Source: the human T2T-CHM13v2.0 reference genome, Homo sapiens. Taken from it: a stretch of DNA of 64,000 nucleotides. Below the pieces are notes generated by a model, which saw only the letters and a list, made by a program, of their open reading frames with translations, ran no database searches and was not told the DNA's origin. Every line of letters starts with the position of its first letter. The first letter of the stretch is position 1. The position numbers were made by a program, and so were the translations under genes. Below, in pieces: positions 13,517 to 27,267 of this stretch. The stretch lies in the NCBI RefSeq assembly GCF_009914755.1, contig NC_060925.1; one strand, given 5' to 3'.

Positions 13517-13936
13517 CTCCGTCAGCTTCTAAAAAAACTGATCTCTCGAATCTACTCTCATCATCCCCAAGTTCCTGTCCCCTCAAAGCTCCACATGGCA
13601 GCCAGAGGGATCTCTTAAAGTTGCAAAGTTGATTGGGCCACACCTCTCGTTGCCCTCAGGACGAAGTCCAAAAACCTTAATAGATTAGCCATCTGATACC
13701 TCACCTCCTGGGCTCATCTTGCCTCTCCTAGCTTCCTGATTCTTTGCCTTATCTCTGTCTTTCTCCTTTCTGTACCTCAGAGACCATGTCCTTGCCCCTG
13801 GGCTTCTGCACACAGTGCCCTTCTGCACACACACCCCACACACTGTGCACACAGTGCCCTCTGCACACAACTCCTATGCACTCTGCACGCACCACCCTCC
13901 TGCACAGGCGTCCCGTGCAGGCTGGAGCTGTCTTAC

Positions 13937-14064
13937 CTCAGCAGGCTCGTCTTCTGGCACTTCCTCAGTTATTACGTCAAAGTGATCGAGCATTTCACAT
14001 TTGTTATACTCTTTGTCTGTGTTTTTCCTGGCTTGATTCAAGAACATTTCATACTTTTCATTTG
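13937..14064 (-). CDS. HYDIN: HYDIN/HYDIN2 exon ~30 (128 nt, ANEKYEMFLN...DEPAE)
   Basis: Acceptor GGTACAG|CAAATG, donor GAG|GTAAGA; phase 1-0. Confidence 0.94.
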
Positions 14065-14346
14065 CTGTACCAGGGTGGGGAGTGGGGGTTGGAAGGAGAG
14101 CAGAATCAGGAAGGTCAGAAAAATATGAATGATGTCGCAAACACAGACCCTCAGCTCCTGGTAAGGTGGGAAGGGAAGTGGACTTTTGGATACTTTGTCT
14201 GCCCTGCTTTCCCTGCTTCAGAGGGTGAGGTGATTTGAGAGTTGAATCTGTATTAGAGACCTCACTGAGTTCAATGAGATTGTGCTTTAGTGAAGGACTG
14301 GCTGGTTCTCCAGAACTTGAAGTTAGTTACATTCGAAGACACTCAT

Positions 14347-14459
14347 AGGGTGACCCACTTGATCCTGGCTTGCTTGGGGTTTTCTTGGTTCTAGCACTTA
14401 AACCCCTACACCCTGGAGCTCTCCCAGTGCTGGACAAACCCAGACAGCCGGTCACCCTT
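14347..14459. mobile_element. MER81-like hAT MITE
   Basis: TIRs TAGGGTGACC / GGTCACCCT, ~113 bp. Confidence 0.7.
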
Positions 14460-14671
14460 TAAGTAACTTTTTATGTTTATTAAATCTCAATTAACAAAAG
14501 ATATGTTTGGGTCAAGTTGTTTTAATTAACACTAAATATGCCACATTATCCTGAATCAGGGAGGGTAGGTAATCGGTGGAGAGATTCCCACCCGAATTTA
14601 CCACTACGCCAGTGCCAATTCAAATCCTTTGAAAGGCAAAGGTAGGAAAGTCATTTAAAATGCCTACTATA

Positions 14672-14976
<305 letters not shown>

Positions 14977-15244
14977 GCCTATTATAAAACAATAGGAAAT
15001 GCTGTGAGTGTAGTGAACTGGAGAACAGAAGACCCAACTAATGGTGTTCAAATTTAAATTATTTTAAAGCCCTTACTGGCCAAACCATGTCTACTGCCCT
15101 GATGAGGCCAGCTGGGTGCCCAGTTTCAACCGTATAGCAAAGGTTTTCCTTCCTGAAATTATATGTAGAGCTGGAGTAACCCTCATCTGGCTGGAACTCT
15201 AGATACGAGAGTGTAACATGGTCTTAGCATTAGTGACATTTATT

Positions 15245-15525
15245 GCCAGGCATTGTGGCTCAACACCTGTAATCTTAGTGCTTTGGCAGGCTGAGATGGG
15301 AGGATCACTTGAGACCAGGAATGCAAGACTAGCCTGGGTAACAAAGTAAGATCCTATCATAAAAAAAAAAAATTAAAAAATTAGCCAGGCATGGCAGTGC
15401 ACATCTGTAGTCCCAGCTACTCAAGAAGCTGAAGCGGGAGGATCCCTTGAGCCTAAGAGTTAAGATTACAGTGAGCTCTGATTGCACCACTGTATTTCAG
15501 CCTGGGTAACAGAGCGAGACCTTTT
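15245..15525 (+). mobile_element. AluJ-like
   Basis: Diverged dimeric Alu. Confidence 0.85.
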
Positions 15526-15548
15526 TAAAAAAGAGACAGGGTCTTGCC

Positions 15549-15604
15549 TATATATATATATAAATATAAATATAAATATAAATATAAATTATATATATAT
15601 ATAT
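15549..15604. repeat. (TA)n/(TATAAA)n microsatellite
   Basis: Seen directly. Confidence 0.9.
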
Positions 15605-16426
15605 GCAAGTTTTCAGGGAGCAGACAATTAGAATTCAGTGGATGATTATGAACAGGAGAGTTAGTAACTTCAGGGAATGGGGTAACAGGAGAGGCTGGGT
15701 GGGAGGACTTAGTCTGAAGCTTTTTAGGGAAAGTAGATTTCAAGGAGCTTGAATAGAGATTCATAAAGAGTGAGAGGTTTCCCTGATCCATCGTCCTGTA
15801 CCTGACGTCAGGAAGAAAGAGCCAGAGACAGTCTATGGCTAAAAAGGGCTGCTCAGCTGAGGTTCGGAATCTGCCAAGACAGAAATATTCTGGTACAAAA
15901 GGATAGTCCTGGGGGCCAGATGTAACTGGGAAATGTAAGTGGGAAGACAATTATTCAAGTCTAATTTAGCCTTCACCCTGTGTAATGCCAAAATAAGGGC
16001 TCAGAATCTGTGTCCGCCTTTCTGTGCAGTTTATACTTTGAGAATTCTACTCCTGGAAGCTCATTGGCTCTTACCTTCCCAGTGGCATCTAGGAGAATGT
16101 CACAGGGAAAGGACAGCTCGGGGAAAGACTGGGGCCAGAAGGAAAGTGCATGGGGGAGGAAAAGCTTTTGGAGGTAAATTTCCTGATCCCTCTGTCAGTA
16201 ATTCAATAATGGCCAAATTGGCCAGGGTTCTTCATTTGGGGCTGCCATAGACGATTTCTTGTCGCAGTAAACTCAGGTCACCAATTTGGTAATTGCAGAA
16301 TAATGTGGAAGAGAACCACAGGGGATTTCCAAGCAAATAAAGTAAGTAGCCAGCAATCTTCCAATAAGCAAAGCTAAAATGCTTGTTTTGTCCCCAGTGG
16401 GGAACTACTCCAGTGTGAAGTAGTAC

Positions 16427-16604
16427 CTGTGAGGTTCCTGGGGAGATCGAGGCAGATTTGGGGAAAGATTCCCTCTCCGCTCAGAGTGATATTTTCTGGG
16501 TCCAGGTGGGCGATCTGTATCTGGAAACTCCTTTTAAAGACCTCAGGTACTCCAGGTAGGTAGTAAACTTTTAATACCTGCTCTTGATGTGAACTGATAA
16601 AGCC
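16427..16604 (-). CDS. HYDIN: HYDIN/HYDIN2 exon ~29 (178 nt, GFISSHQEQV...LPRNLT)
   Basis: Acceptor TTTACCGCGTAG|GGCTTT, donor CAG|GTACTA; phase 0-1. Confidence 0.93.
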
Positions 16605-16882
16605 CTACGCGGTAAAAAGACCAGAAAAGGGAAAACGAATGTGCTACAGTACAGGTTCAACTCATTAAATTACTTAAAACAACAACACCAATGACAAAGT
16701 AAACCTAAAAAAAGAAGGAAAGGAGTAAGAGATTTAATGAAATGAGTGCAAAGAAACAGAAGAGGTTCATAAATCCACAAACTGGTTCTTTGAAAAAAGA
16801 CGAATAAAATACACAAAACTGGCAAGACTGATTAAGAAGATAAGGAGAAAAGTCACTAAAAATGTAAAAAGAAAAATGGTTC

Positions 16883-17252
<370 letters not shown>

Positions 17253-19119
17253 TTACGTCAATATATTAAAACATTTTTGTGAAATTAACAATTTCCTAGA
17301 AAAATATGAATAACAAAACTCAAAAACCTTAGAGTGATCTGTATCCTATACAGAAGCTGAAAAATGAAGACAATTACCCTGACAAAGGAATATATGGCAT
17401 TGGAAGCAAGGTCTGCTATTCCTTCAAAAACAGATAATCACTTCAGTTTATGACCCATTCAGGAAATAGAAGAGAGAGAAATGCCCATTTATTTATTCTG
17501 ATATCCAAACTGATCAAATGCAGCATGAAGAAGGAAATTTATGAACCAACGATCACTTAACAAAGGTGCAAAAATTGTAAGTAAAATGTTAGCTGAGTGA
17601 ATCCAGCAATATATATATATATATAATATTTAAATGCAGATGGTAGCATACAGAGTGTTTTTCGTCTTCCTTTTCTTTTCATTTTACCTAACAATATATT
17701 TTACGATTAATTCAATATTAGTACTTCTAGAGCTGCTCCATCCTTTTTAGTTGCTACATATTATTCCATTACATAGTTTTAACATATTTTTAAAAACTAG
17801 TTTCCTACTGATAGACATTTAGTTTGTTTCTGGTCTTTTGCTATTGCCATTACAGATTATATAGGAAATAATCTTATAAACACATCATTTTGCAAATGTG
17901 GGAACGTGTATGTAGAATAAATTCTTAGAAATGAAATTTCTAGGTCAAAGTGTAATTTTGATAGATAAGGCCAAATTATTCTCTATAGAGTTGTTATCAA
18001 TTTACAATAACTGCAGCAATGTAAATTCAAATGCTTAAAAATCTTTAGAAAAAGGGCAAGGAAAACATAGCAATTATGATAAAAAGATCGAATAGAAAGA
18101 AAACACTGAGTAAATTTAAAAAATAGACAAGATACGATGAAAGAAATAATAGCAAGCATTTCAGTTTTGCTAATCATAAGAATGTGTTAAATGTTCCTAT
18201 TGAAACTTAAGGACTCTCAGAGAAGATTAAAAAATAAAATCCAAATAAGTATGTTTTATGAATGATAAGCCTAAAACAAAATGAAATAAGACTATGGGCA
18301 AATTATGTAAGGCAAAAAGAAAGCAGCAATCACAATATTAAGACCAAACAAAGGGGAATTCAAAGAAGAGCATTCAAAGGGAACAAGAAGGCAATTGAAG
18401 GTAGACAGAACACACAGTCCATGATGAACACTTAATAGTCATGAGATCTTCTGTGTCAACACAGAAACGAAAGGGTATAAACAAAAAGGTGTATGTATTT
18501 GTAGAAAACAATAGAGAAATGGACAAAAGTTTTATATACCACTCTTGAGTCTTAGAAAAATTAAACAGAAAAAGATATAGAAGATTTTAATGTTATAATT
18601 ATTTGGGTTAATTTAGTAGAGAATCCAGATATGATAATCTGGATTCTATAGCCCAGGTAACATTATTTTCAAACATTTATTAGTATTAAAAATTACTTTA
18701 GGTCACTAAAATATATTAATAAATTCACTAAGTAGGAATTTAGAGGGCCATATTATCTGATCGTGATTCAAAAAAACCTCAATATTGGTAACAATATAAG
18801 TAACAAAAGCAAAAATCATAATCATTTGGAAATTAAAAAAAGAAAAATAAATTTTAAATTACATTTGTAAGTAAAACTATAATTTAAGACGACTTAGAAA
18901 ATAATGAAAATCATAATAGTAAATATTAACATGTATAAAACACACAAAAATTGTCATCTACTTTTTTATCTGTAATTTTCTTAAAATATAAGGGGTAAGG
19001 CTAAAGGTGTCCTTAGGCAAATGAATAGTCTTACATTTTTTCATTATTAACTAAGAAAAACAATAAAAGCAGGCATTCAAGTCACAAAGTTAGAGAAACA
19101 AAACACAAGAGTGAATTTG

Positions 19120-19447
19120 GGCTGGGCGAGATGGGGCTCACGCCTGTAATCCCAGCACTTTGGGATGCCAAGGCAGGCAGACACCTTGAGTTCAGGAGTT
19201 CAAGACCAGCCTGGGCAACATGGCAAGACCCTGTCTCTAAAAAACAAAAAATAAATAAATAAAATAAACAATAAATACAAAAATTAGCTGGGTGTGGTGG
19301 TGCATGCCTGTGGTCCCAGCTATGTGGGAGGCTAAGGTGGGAGGATTGCTTGAGCCCAGGAGGCAGCGGTTGCAGTGAGTCGAGGTCTGCACTCCAGTCT
19401 AGGTGACAGAGCCAGACCTGGTCTTAAAAAAAAAAAAAAAAAAAAAA
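19120..19447 (+). mobile_element. AluJ-like
   Basis: Dimeric Alu with expanded linker and poly(A); TSD AGTGAATT. Confidence 0.88.
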
Positions 19448-20228
19448 GTGAATTCAAAAGATTAGCTAAGACAAATTGGGAAAAAAAACCAAAAGGGGAG
19501 TTGACCTAACAGATATTAAGATGTATTTCTAAAGCCATAGCAGCTAAAATAGTACAGTATTAATGTAGGGACAAACAGAGCAATGAAGAATAAAGAGACC
19601 AGCAGTAAACCCAAATATGTGAGATGACTTAGGGGAAGAACAGACTTTATCATTAAAGATGATGGTGCTCATTATCTTTGGATTTACAAGATTATGAATA
19701 ATTACACTTTAAAAATATTTTCCTTTTTTTATAACAATTATGTGCTATTTTCATAATGAGAAAAATTCAACAAATGTTCCTTAAAACTGGTAGATCAACA
19801 TAATATGAACAAGGAACCACTTTCTCTGTTTGCTTCTGAAACCAGTTTGGCTCAGCGCAGTCTGCTAGTGTTTTCACACCTGCTGAAGTCAGTGGAGAGG
19901 AAGCCCTCGGGAATTACAAGGGCAGCGTGAAGACATCGGTGGAAATAAATTAGTCTCATTATCATGGAAAAAAAAATCCATGGGTTGCATCTGTCTTGTT
20001 GATTGCTGTATCCCTGGTGCCTGGAAACTGGTTACTGTGGGACTAAATAAATATTTGTTTAATAAATGAGCGAAGTGGCTTGGATTTATTTTTTTTTTTC
20101 TGCTTCTGAGAGTTCTTTAGTTTTAACAAAAAGAAAAAATCACACTTGTAATCCTGGTCGTGAATACTCACCTGCTTCGGAGTGGGGCTCGTAGGTTTGA
20201 ATTCAGGCCCCTCCCACCATTTACTTAC

Positions 20229-20366
20229 AGACACAGGCAGGATTAGTGGCACTCCAGGGAGAAGGTTGTCTGGAGAAGACTGGTGGTCAGTCAGAACCTT
20301 GAACTCAAAGCCAACTTTCCCCATGTTCGTCAGCGTGATTTCCCTCTCTGTGACATGGTCAAACAG
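20229..20366 (-). CDS. HYDIN: HYDIN/HYDIN2 exon ~28 (138 nt, LFDHVTEREI...LILPVS)
   Basis: Acceptor CTTCTCAAG|CTGTTT, donor TCT|GTAAGT; phase 0-0. Confidence 0.94.
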
Positions 20367-20685
20367 CTTGAGAAGAGAAGGAGAAGAGTGACTCCATCTT
20401 GGGATGCGGCTTTGATAGTGACAAAGGTGCAGAAACATGCCTCATGGATAAGGGTGTGACAGCTCCTGATGTAAATACTGGTCAATCTACATCTCAGCAT
20501 CACAACAAATGCCTACTGGGGCACTAGACTCCGGAAACCTGGCTCTTAGTTCTTCTAAGAACCGATTTAGTTTAGGTATGGCTGTGGGGCTGAGCATTTC
20601 ACCTTCCTGGGTCTCAGTTTTTTCACTACAGGAACTTGTAATAGAGAATCTTAAAGTAAGCTTTCTACATTAAAAAGATTTGCCT

Positions 20686-21180
20686 AGTATTCCATGGTGT
20701 ATATGTGCCACATTTTCTTAATCCAGTCTATCATTGTTGGACATTTGGGTTGGTTCCAAGTCTTTGCTATTGTGAATAGTGAGAAAGTAAGCTCGTAAGG
20801 CCCCAGCGAGATGCAGCCATAAAAAATGATGAGTTCATGTCTTTGTAGGGACATGGATGAAGCTGGAAACCATCATTCTCAGCAAACTATCGCAAGGACA
20901 AAAAAACCAAACACCGCATGTTCTCACTCATAGGTGGGAATTGAACAATGAGAACACTTGGACACAGGAAGGGGAACATCACACACCAGGGCCTGTTGTG
21001 GGGTCGGGGGGAGGGGGGAGGGATAGCATTAGGCGATATACCTAATGTAAATGACAAGTTAATGGGTGCAGCACACCAACATGGCACATGTATACATATG
21101 CAACAAACCTGCACGTTGTGCACATATACCCTAGAACTTAAAGTATAATAAAAAGAATTAAAATAAATAAATTAAAAAAA
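20686..21180 (+). mobile_element. 5'-inverted, truncated L1PA4/5-like element (twin priming)
   Basis: Inverted segment 20686-20781, direct segment 20811-21180; TSD AAAAAGATTTGCCT at 20672-20685 and 21180-21193. Confidence 0.92.
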
Positions 21181-22972
21181 AAAAGATTTGCCTTCTGGAT
21201 TCTGTCCTGTAAGAAAAACAAAAGATTTGAGTTTAGAATGTTCTAGAATGAACTTTTCCATTCAAATGGAGAACCATGGGTGTAACAGGCCAGTCATGTT
21301 CTTTTTCCTGGAATTTTGCTAACATAATTCACCAGCTGGGTTAGCAGGCCCAATAACCACAAACAGGCCACTTTGGGGGTCCTTAGGAAAAGCTAGGGTG
21401 AGGTCTGACTGCTTCAAAGACTATACTATACTCAGAGATGAGCCGAAACCAAGTGCCCAAAGGACCCTGGAGACGACGAAGGAAAGAGAATTCTATTTGG
21501 TCAGCATCATGGAGATGGTCTCAGTAGGTGTTGGGTGAATCAGATTTTAGGCACAATCTTTGATCTATAAACACACATGCATGCATACAATTCAGTAATG
21601 ATACATGCAGGAGCTATGTAATGGAGATTCAATCCTCATTGAAATTTGGTAGGAGATATGGTCTCCGAGTGCATAACACAAAATCTGATTGGGAAGAGAA
21701 TGTGTACTGATGGAATTAATTGACAATTATTCCAAAACAAAAATGGGAAAGTATATTATATTATGGCAAAGACTATCATTAAGTGCCAAGGGAATGTAAA
21801 GTAAAAGATAACCCTAGAAGGAGCTGAGCTGGGTCTTATAGGATGTAAAGGTTTGGGTTTGGCAGAGTGGAGGATGAGAGGGATAAGGTAAGACAAAGTG
21901 TAGCTGCATGAAGCGCTGGGGTGCACTGGGGCCGGTGGGTAGACCAGCTTGGCCACAGTGAAATGTATGGACTACAAGAGGGAATTATGGGAAGTGAAAC
22001 TTCCAGTGTAAAGATCACCAGTTAATAGAGAGGCTTAGGATAGCCTCACCCAGGTGAGGAATGGGCTCTGACCCAAAGGAACTCATGACAATTGACAGCC
22101 AACTCTGACCCAGCACAGCACTGACCAGATAGATGCTTTAAGCAATGACAACTCCTGGTGGGATGGGCTTGCTACTCCGTTCCCACCTTATAGATGAGGG
22201 ACACTGAGGCTTGGAGAGGTGATGTGCCCAAGGTCATGCAGTCGGGAGGAAGTAAAACTGGAATAGGAAGAGGAAGTAAAACCGGAATACAAAGAGGAAG
22301 TAAAACCGGAATACAAAACCACGCTCTTTGGTCAATATCACATTGCTTTGCCAAATGCTGCTGGGATTAATTGGTCAGGGACTGACAGGATGACAACACC
22401 ATTTTGGAAAATGTCGCTGGACTTACTGAATCAGAATCTGCACTTGAACAAAACTCCCAGGTGATTCATAGGCACATTACAGTGTGGGAGGAACTGCTGT
22501 AATAATTTAGGCATGGCTCGATGAGACCCTGTAATGTGATATCAGTGGCAATGGGAAGAGAAAACTGACTCAGAGAGGGACGCTGGTGATGAGTCAGCAA
22601 ACCCTGGAGGCTTAGAAGGATGTGGAGAGGTGAAGGAGAGAGTGCAGCGGAAAAGCCTTGGAGATTGTGAACCCAAGGGTGGAGAAAATGGTAATGCTAT
22701 TGAAAGAAATGCAGAAGTTGGAACAGGCTCCTGGATTGAAAGGGAAGAAGTGACCTTGAGCATCTAACATGCTGAGTTTCAGGAGACGATAAGAAAAGCA
22801 AGTGTAAGTATCTGGCAAACAGTTGGCAGCAGGAGGATGGTCAGGGTTAGGGAGGCTGATGGGAGATCAAGGACGGGGTGATGGCGAGACTATGATGATT
22901 GGGGTTCAGGAGAGATTTGTTTAAGATGCTTAAGACAAAACCAGAAAATCTCTACCCGATGGTTTGTGATAC

Positions 22973-23182
22973 CTGTAATCCGTAGTGAATATCCTTGGTG
23001 TCAAAGGAATAGTTGACCAGGGACGCCTCTCCCTTCAGTGTTATTTCGTAGGTGGGTCCTTCTTCCACTTCACACAGAGCTTTAGCTTGTGCAATGATGT
23101 TAGCGTGTCCATAGAAGGTGAACGATATTTGGTGGCTACTGTGTGGCTGCAACACTCCAAACAGGGGCAAAATATCAAACAC
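22973..23182 (-). CDS. HYDIN: HYDIN/HYDIN2 exon ~27 (210 nt, VFDILPLFGV...IHYGLQ)
   Basis: Acceptor CTGCAG|GTGTTT, donor CAG|GTATCA; phase 0-0. Confidence 0.95.
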
Positions 23183-23441
23183 CTGCAGAGAAAGTCATTC
23201 TGTAAGAGAGCAGCTGTTGGGATGAATGCCTGCCAAGGATAAGTGAAAGTTATGTCAATTTACACATTAATTCCAGTCTTTAACTCATTTGATAGAAGGT
23301 AGCCCAGCACCCTGAAAACACATAATGGTAATGATGGTAACAGTGCTCTGGTGAGATTTAAGTTTCTAATGTGGGGCAGCTGCTCAGTTAGAAAGTAAAG
23401 TTAGTGTCTGATAAGGTCAGGAATCACACGGTGTCACTTAC

Positions 23442-23561
23442 TTCTTCTATCCCAATGGAAAGCATCTCATTCTGTTCACAGGTCTGTAGGGATTCCTGAT
23501 CCTCCACCTGGCTCTGGCTTGAGTATATTCTTTCTATTTCAGTAGAGCTAATTTTTATTTC
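23442..23561 (-). CDS. HYDIN: HYDIN/HYDIN2 exon ~26 (120 nt, EIKISSTEIE...SIGIEE)
   Basis: Acceptor TTTCTAG|GAAATA, donor GAA|GTAAGT; phase 0-0. Confidence 0.93.
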
Positions 23562-24118
23562 CTAGAAATTAAAGATGTGAGGAAAAGCTGGCAAGCATTC
23601 AAAATGGATCATCAATTGACAGAAAAATAAAGTATGTTGTATATGATTATAAAAATAGTACATTTTTTCCCAGGGAGATAATTGAGCAAGTGACTATAAT
23701 GTACATACGAGGATGTTTACTGCAGCATTATTTATAACAGCAAAACTTTGGAAGCCAACTCAGTGCCCATCAATAGGGGGTCACTTTAAATGAAGTGTGT
23801 GTGGTACACCTATCCATGAAGGATAATGCATGTATATTTATGGATAGGGATGATGTGCACAACATATTATTGAGTGAAAAGCAGTTCTATTCATGTAAAA
23901 TTACATATGCCTCATGTGTCTGAAGGTGTGTGTGTGTAAATTCCTTCAGAGATTTGCATTGGCAAATAGAAATATCTGGGAGGTTGTTTGCTAAGGATTT
24001 CGTAGCATTTTTCTCAGTGGGGTAGAAAGAAGATGGGAATTTTGAGGATGTTTGCTTTAATTTTTCTGTATTCTTGAGTTTATATGTACACATATGTACA
24101 TATATATGTACATATATA

Positions 24119-24388
24119 TTTTATTTTTGAGACAAGATGTCTGTCTCTGTCACCCAGGCTGGAATGCAGTGGCATGATCAGAGCTCACCGCAGCCTTGAA
24201 TGCCTGGGCTCGAGTGACCTTCCCACCTCAGCCTCCCTAAAGTAGCCAGGACTGCAGGCGTGCACCACCACACACCCTGGAGTCTCGTTATGTTGCCCAG
24301 GCTGGTCTTGAACTCGTGGCCTCAAGCCATCCTCCTGCCTTGGCTCCCAAAGTACTGGGGTTACAGGCGTGAACCACTGTTTCTGGCC
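24119..24388 (-). mobile_element. AluJ-like with internal deletion
   Basis: Reverse Alu lacking the A-rich linker. Confidence 0.85.
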
Positions 24389-25164
24389 TATTCTTGAGTT
24401 TTCTATGACACGCATCTTTGAAAATAGAAAAAGAAGAATTAATATTTAAAAGACAAATATTTTATATACTCACAAATACTCATTCTAAAAAATTTTTAAA
24501 ATATAGAAAGCTCCAAGGAAAGAAATAAAAGTCCATCTCAGGTTATACTGTAGATAAATATTATTATATATATGTGTGTATATATAGTGTATTATGTGTG
24601 CATATATATTTGTATTCTGATTTTTCAGTTGACCTAATATGAGTGCCATCTTCCCATATGACTGAATATTCTTCACAAACATCACTTAAAGTATTTTAGA
24701 AAGTTGATTGTACACGATACAAATTTAAAATATTCAAAAGGATATATGGTAAAAAGATAAAAAAAGACTTCTATCCCTACAGTTCTCTGGTTCTCCCCTC
24801 CTGAGGTACCCACTGTCCAGTTTCCTATATGTTGAATTTAGTTATTCCTCTTCATTCAGCTGATATTTACTGGGGACTTACTAAGAACCAGTTCTATATC
24901 CTGAGGATATGACGATGAACAAAACAGAAAAAAAATTCCTGCCCTCATGAAGATTAAATTCCAGAGATATTCCATGCACAAGCAAAGATATCTATGTAAC
25001 TGTTTGAGAGGTAACACAGTAGCTAAGAGCAAGCAAGATGGTCGAGTCTTCCAGCTCCACTGCTTGATGGACGTGTCCCTGCATTGGTAAAATGGGGAAA
25101 GATAGTGGTATCCACCTCACAGGGGTGTTGGGAAAAGTAAAAGAGTTAATGTAAAAAATTGCTT

Positions 25165-25444
25165 AGCTGGGGGCGATGGCTCATGGCTGTAATCCCAGGA
25201 CTTTGGGAGGCTGAGGCAGGTGGATTGCCTGAGCTCAGATGTTCAAGACCACCCCGGGCAACATGGTGAAACCCTGTCTCTACTGAAATACAAAAATTAG
25301 CCGGGCATGATGGCAAGTGCCTGTAATCCCAGCTATTTGGGAGGCTGAAGCACGAGAATTGCTTGAACCCAGGAGGTGGAGGTTGCAGTGGGTCAAGATG
25401 GTACCACTTCACTCTGGCCTGGGCAACAGAGTGAGACTCTGCCT

Positions 25445-25485
<41 letters not shown>
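25165..25485 (+). mobile_element. AluS-like with ~40-nt poly(A)
   Basis: Dimeric Alu with a long pure A tail. Confidence 0.9.
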
Positions 25486-25488
<3 letters not shown>

Positions 25489-26374
25489 TAGGTCAGTGCT
25501 CAGTTAAGTGTTGGTTGCTTTCATAGACTTTTTTTCTTTATACAAATGGTAGCACACAGTGTACTTTGTTTTGCACTGGGTATTTTTTCTTAATATATCA
25601 AAGATTGTGCCAAATTAGTATGTAGAGAACTTTCTCATTTTTAAAAAAGAATTTCATAGTATTGCCTTGTGCAGATGTAATTTAGTTTATTCAGACGGTC
25701 TCCTATTGGTGGGATTAAGTTGTTTCCAATATTTCTTGCTTTTACAAACAAAGCTGCAGTGTACAAGGATGGTTACATGCTTTATGCAAGTGCAGAGGTG
25801 TATCTGGAGGATAATTTCTAGAAGGGGGGACAATGCATTTTAAATTTTGATCTACTTGCAAAGTTGTATGTTATAGAGGTTATGCCAATTCATACTCCTA
25901 CCCACACCATAGGAAAATCCCACTCAACACTATTTTAAAAGATTGCATCACATCATGGACATACAGCAATTTATCTTCCATTTTTTTTTTTCATTTTTTG
26001 CTGTTTCTAAAATGTTGTAACAAGCATCTTTGTATGCACATCTTTGTATCTCCAATAGTTTACTTAGGCCATCATTCTAGAAGGAGAATTTAAAGGTATT
26101 AATTTTTAAGCCCCCTCTGCTTTTGCTACAGAATTATTAAGAAAATATTTTTCCTTTAGTATCCTCTATCTATGGTGTAGGAACATCACAAGTGTAGGCT
26201 CTCACTGAGTGTTGGCTCTGGGGTGTTTGGCTGGGAAGAAATGTGGGTAAAGCTGTACGGCTTTGTCCCAATTAAACCCAAGCATTGTACTGGCCACTCT
26301 GCTCCTGATTCTGCCTTTGTTTTATGGGAAGGACCCTTGACCTGCCTACCCTCCCCATGGAAAGGACACCGTAC

Positions 26375-26453
26375 ATCTGAGATCACACTGGAAGCTTTTG
26401 TTTTTCTTAGTTCTTTTTCTTCAGGCCTGGCATCTTCATCCACAAGGACAGTC
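26375..26453 (-). CDS. HYDIN: HYDIN/HYDIN2 exon ~25 (79 nt, TVLVDEDARP...SVISD)
   Basis: Acceptor TTCCTAG|GACTGT, donor GAT|GTACGG; phase 2-0. Confidence 0.92.
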
Positions 26454-27126
26454 CTAGGAAGTTTAATGAAATGCAGAGATTCACTCATTGGGCTGTCATC
26501 GCCACACAGTCTCAGGTGCATAACAGCCCTGTCTTCCTCTTCTCCCTTTACCACACCCCCAAACGTAAGGGGGATTCTCAATCAAGGGACACCTTTCTCA
26601 AGAGGTCAGCTGGTCAGGGCCCTGTTGCCCTATGCCCCCAAACATGTGGTCTAGGCCACTGAACTGGTCAATTTTTCACGGGGCTCAACCCTTTTTTACT
26701 GGCCCACCAAGCCCATGTTCAACTTACAAAAAGTCCTAGGAAGCTCCAGCAATTCTTCAGACAATGTGGGTGTTCTATGTGCTCAATGTTGTTTCCCTAT
26801 TTATTGGAGCATTTTATTGTGAGGACATAATGTTTGGTGAATTGATATATCCTTTCCTGCTTGCTACCCTGGACCCAATCCTGACTGTAGACCTTGGACA
26901 TACAGAGAGGACAATATGATAGGAAGGGCCCAGTCCCCCAGGACTCATGATGGTACCCTCTCCCTATCCCAGATGTCTAGTCTGGGGCCTACACATAGAA
27001 GACATTTATTAAACTGTTGACTGGGGACTGGATGAATGAACCAATGAGGGATGAGTATTGAGAATGTAAGTCCGTGTAAAGAAAAGAAAAGCTACTACAA
27101 AAAATCTATGTTGGCTTTGCACTTAC

Positions 27127-27267
27127 TTAACAAAATCATTTAAATCCATCTCGGGGGACTCTACTGTAACTAGGATTGCTGGTGGGCTGGCAGCCTCTGA
27201 GGTTGCTGGGATGGACTCCATCTGGGACAGTGGGGCACTGTAGGGCTTCTTTGGCAATGTCACAAAC
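27127..27267 (-). CDS. HYDIN: HYDIN/HYDIN2 exon ~24 (141 nt, FVTLPKKPYS...LNDFVK)
   Basis: Acceptor TTTGGTAG|GTTTGT, donor TAA|GTAAGT; phase 2-2. Confidence 0.93.

Noticed and set aside
13744-14238. 164-aa plus-strand ORF as a novel gene
   Set aside because: Antisense shadow of exon 30 plus low-complexity CA-rich repeat; non-ATG start, no recognisable domain
23182-23182. First base of exon 27, the site I recall for a PCD splice mutation (c.3985G>T)
   Set aside because: The sequence has the normal G on the coding strand and an intact AG|G acceptor
26223-26654. 143-aa plus-strand ORF
   Set aside because: Antisense to exon 25; chance open frame
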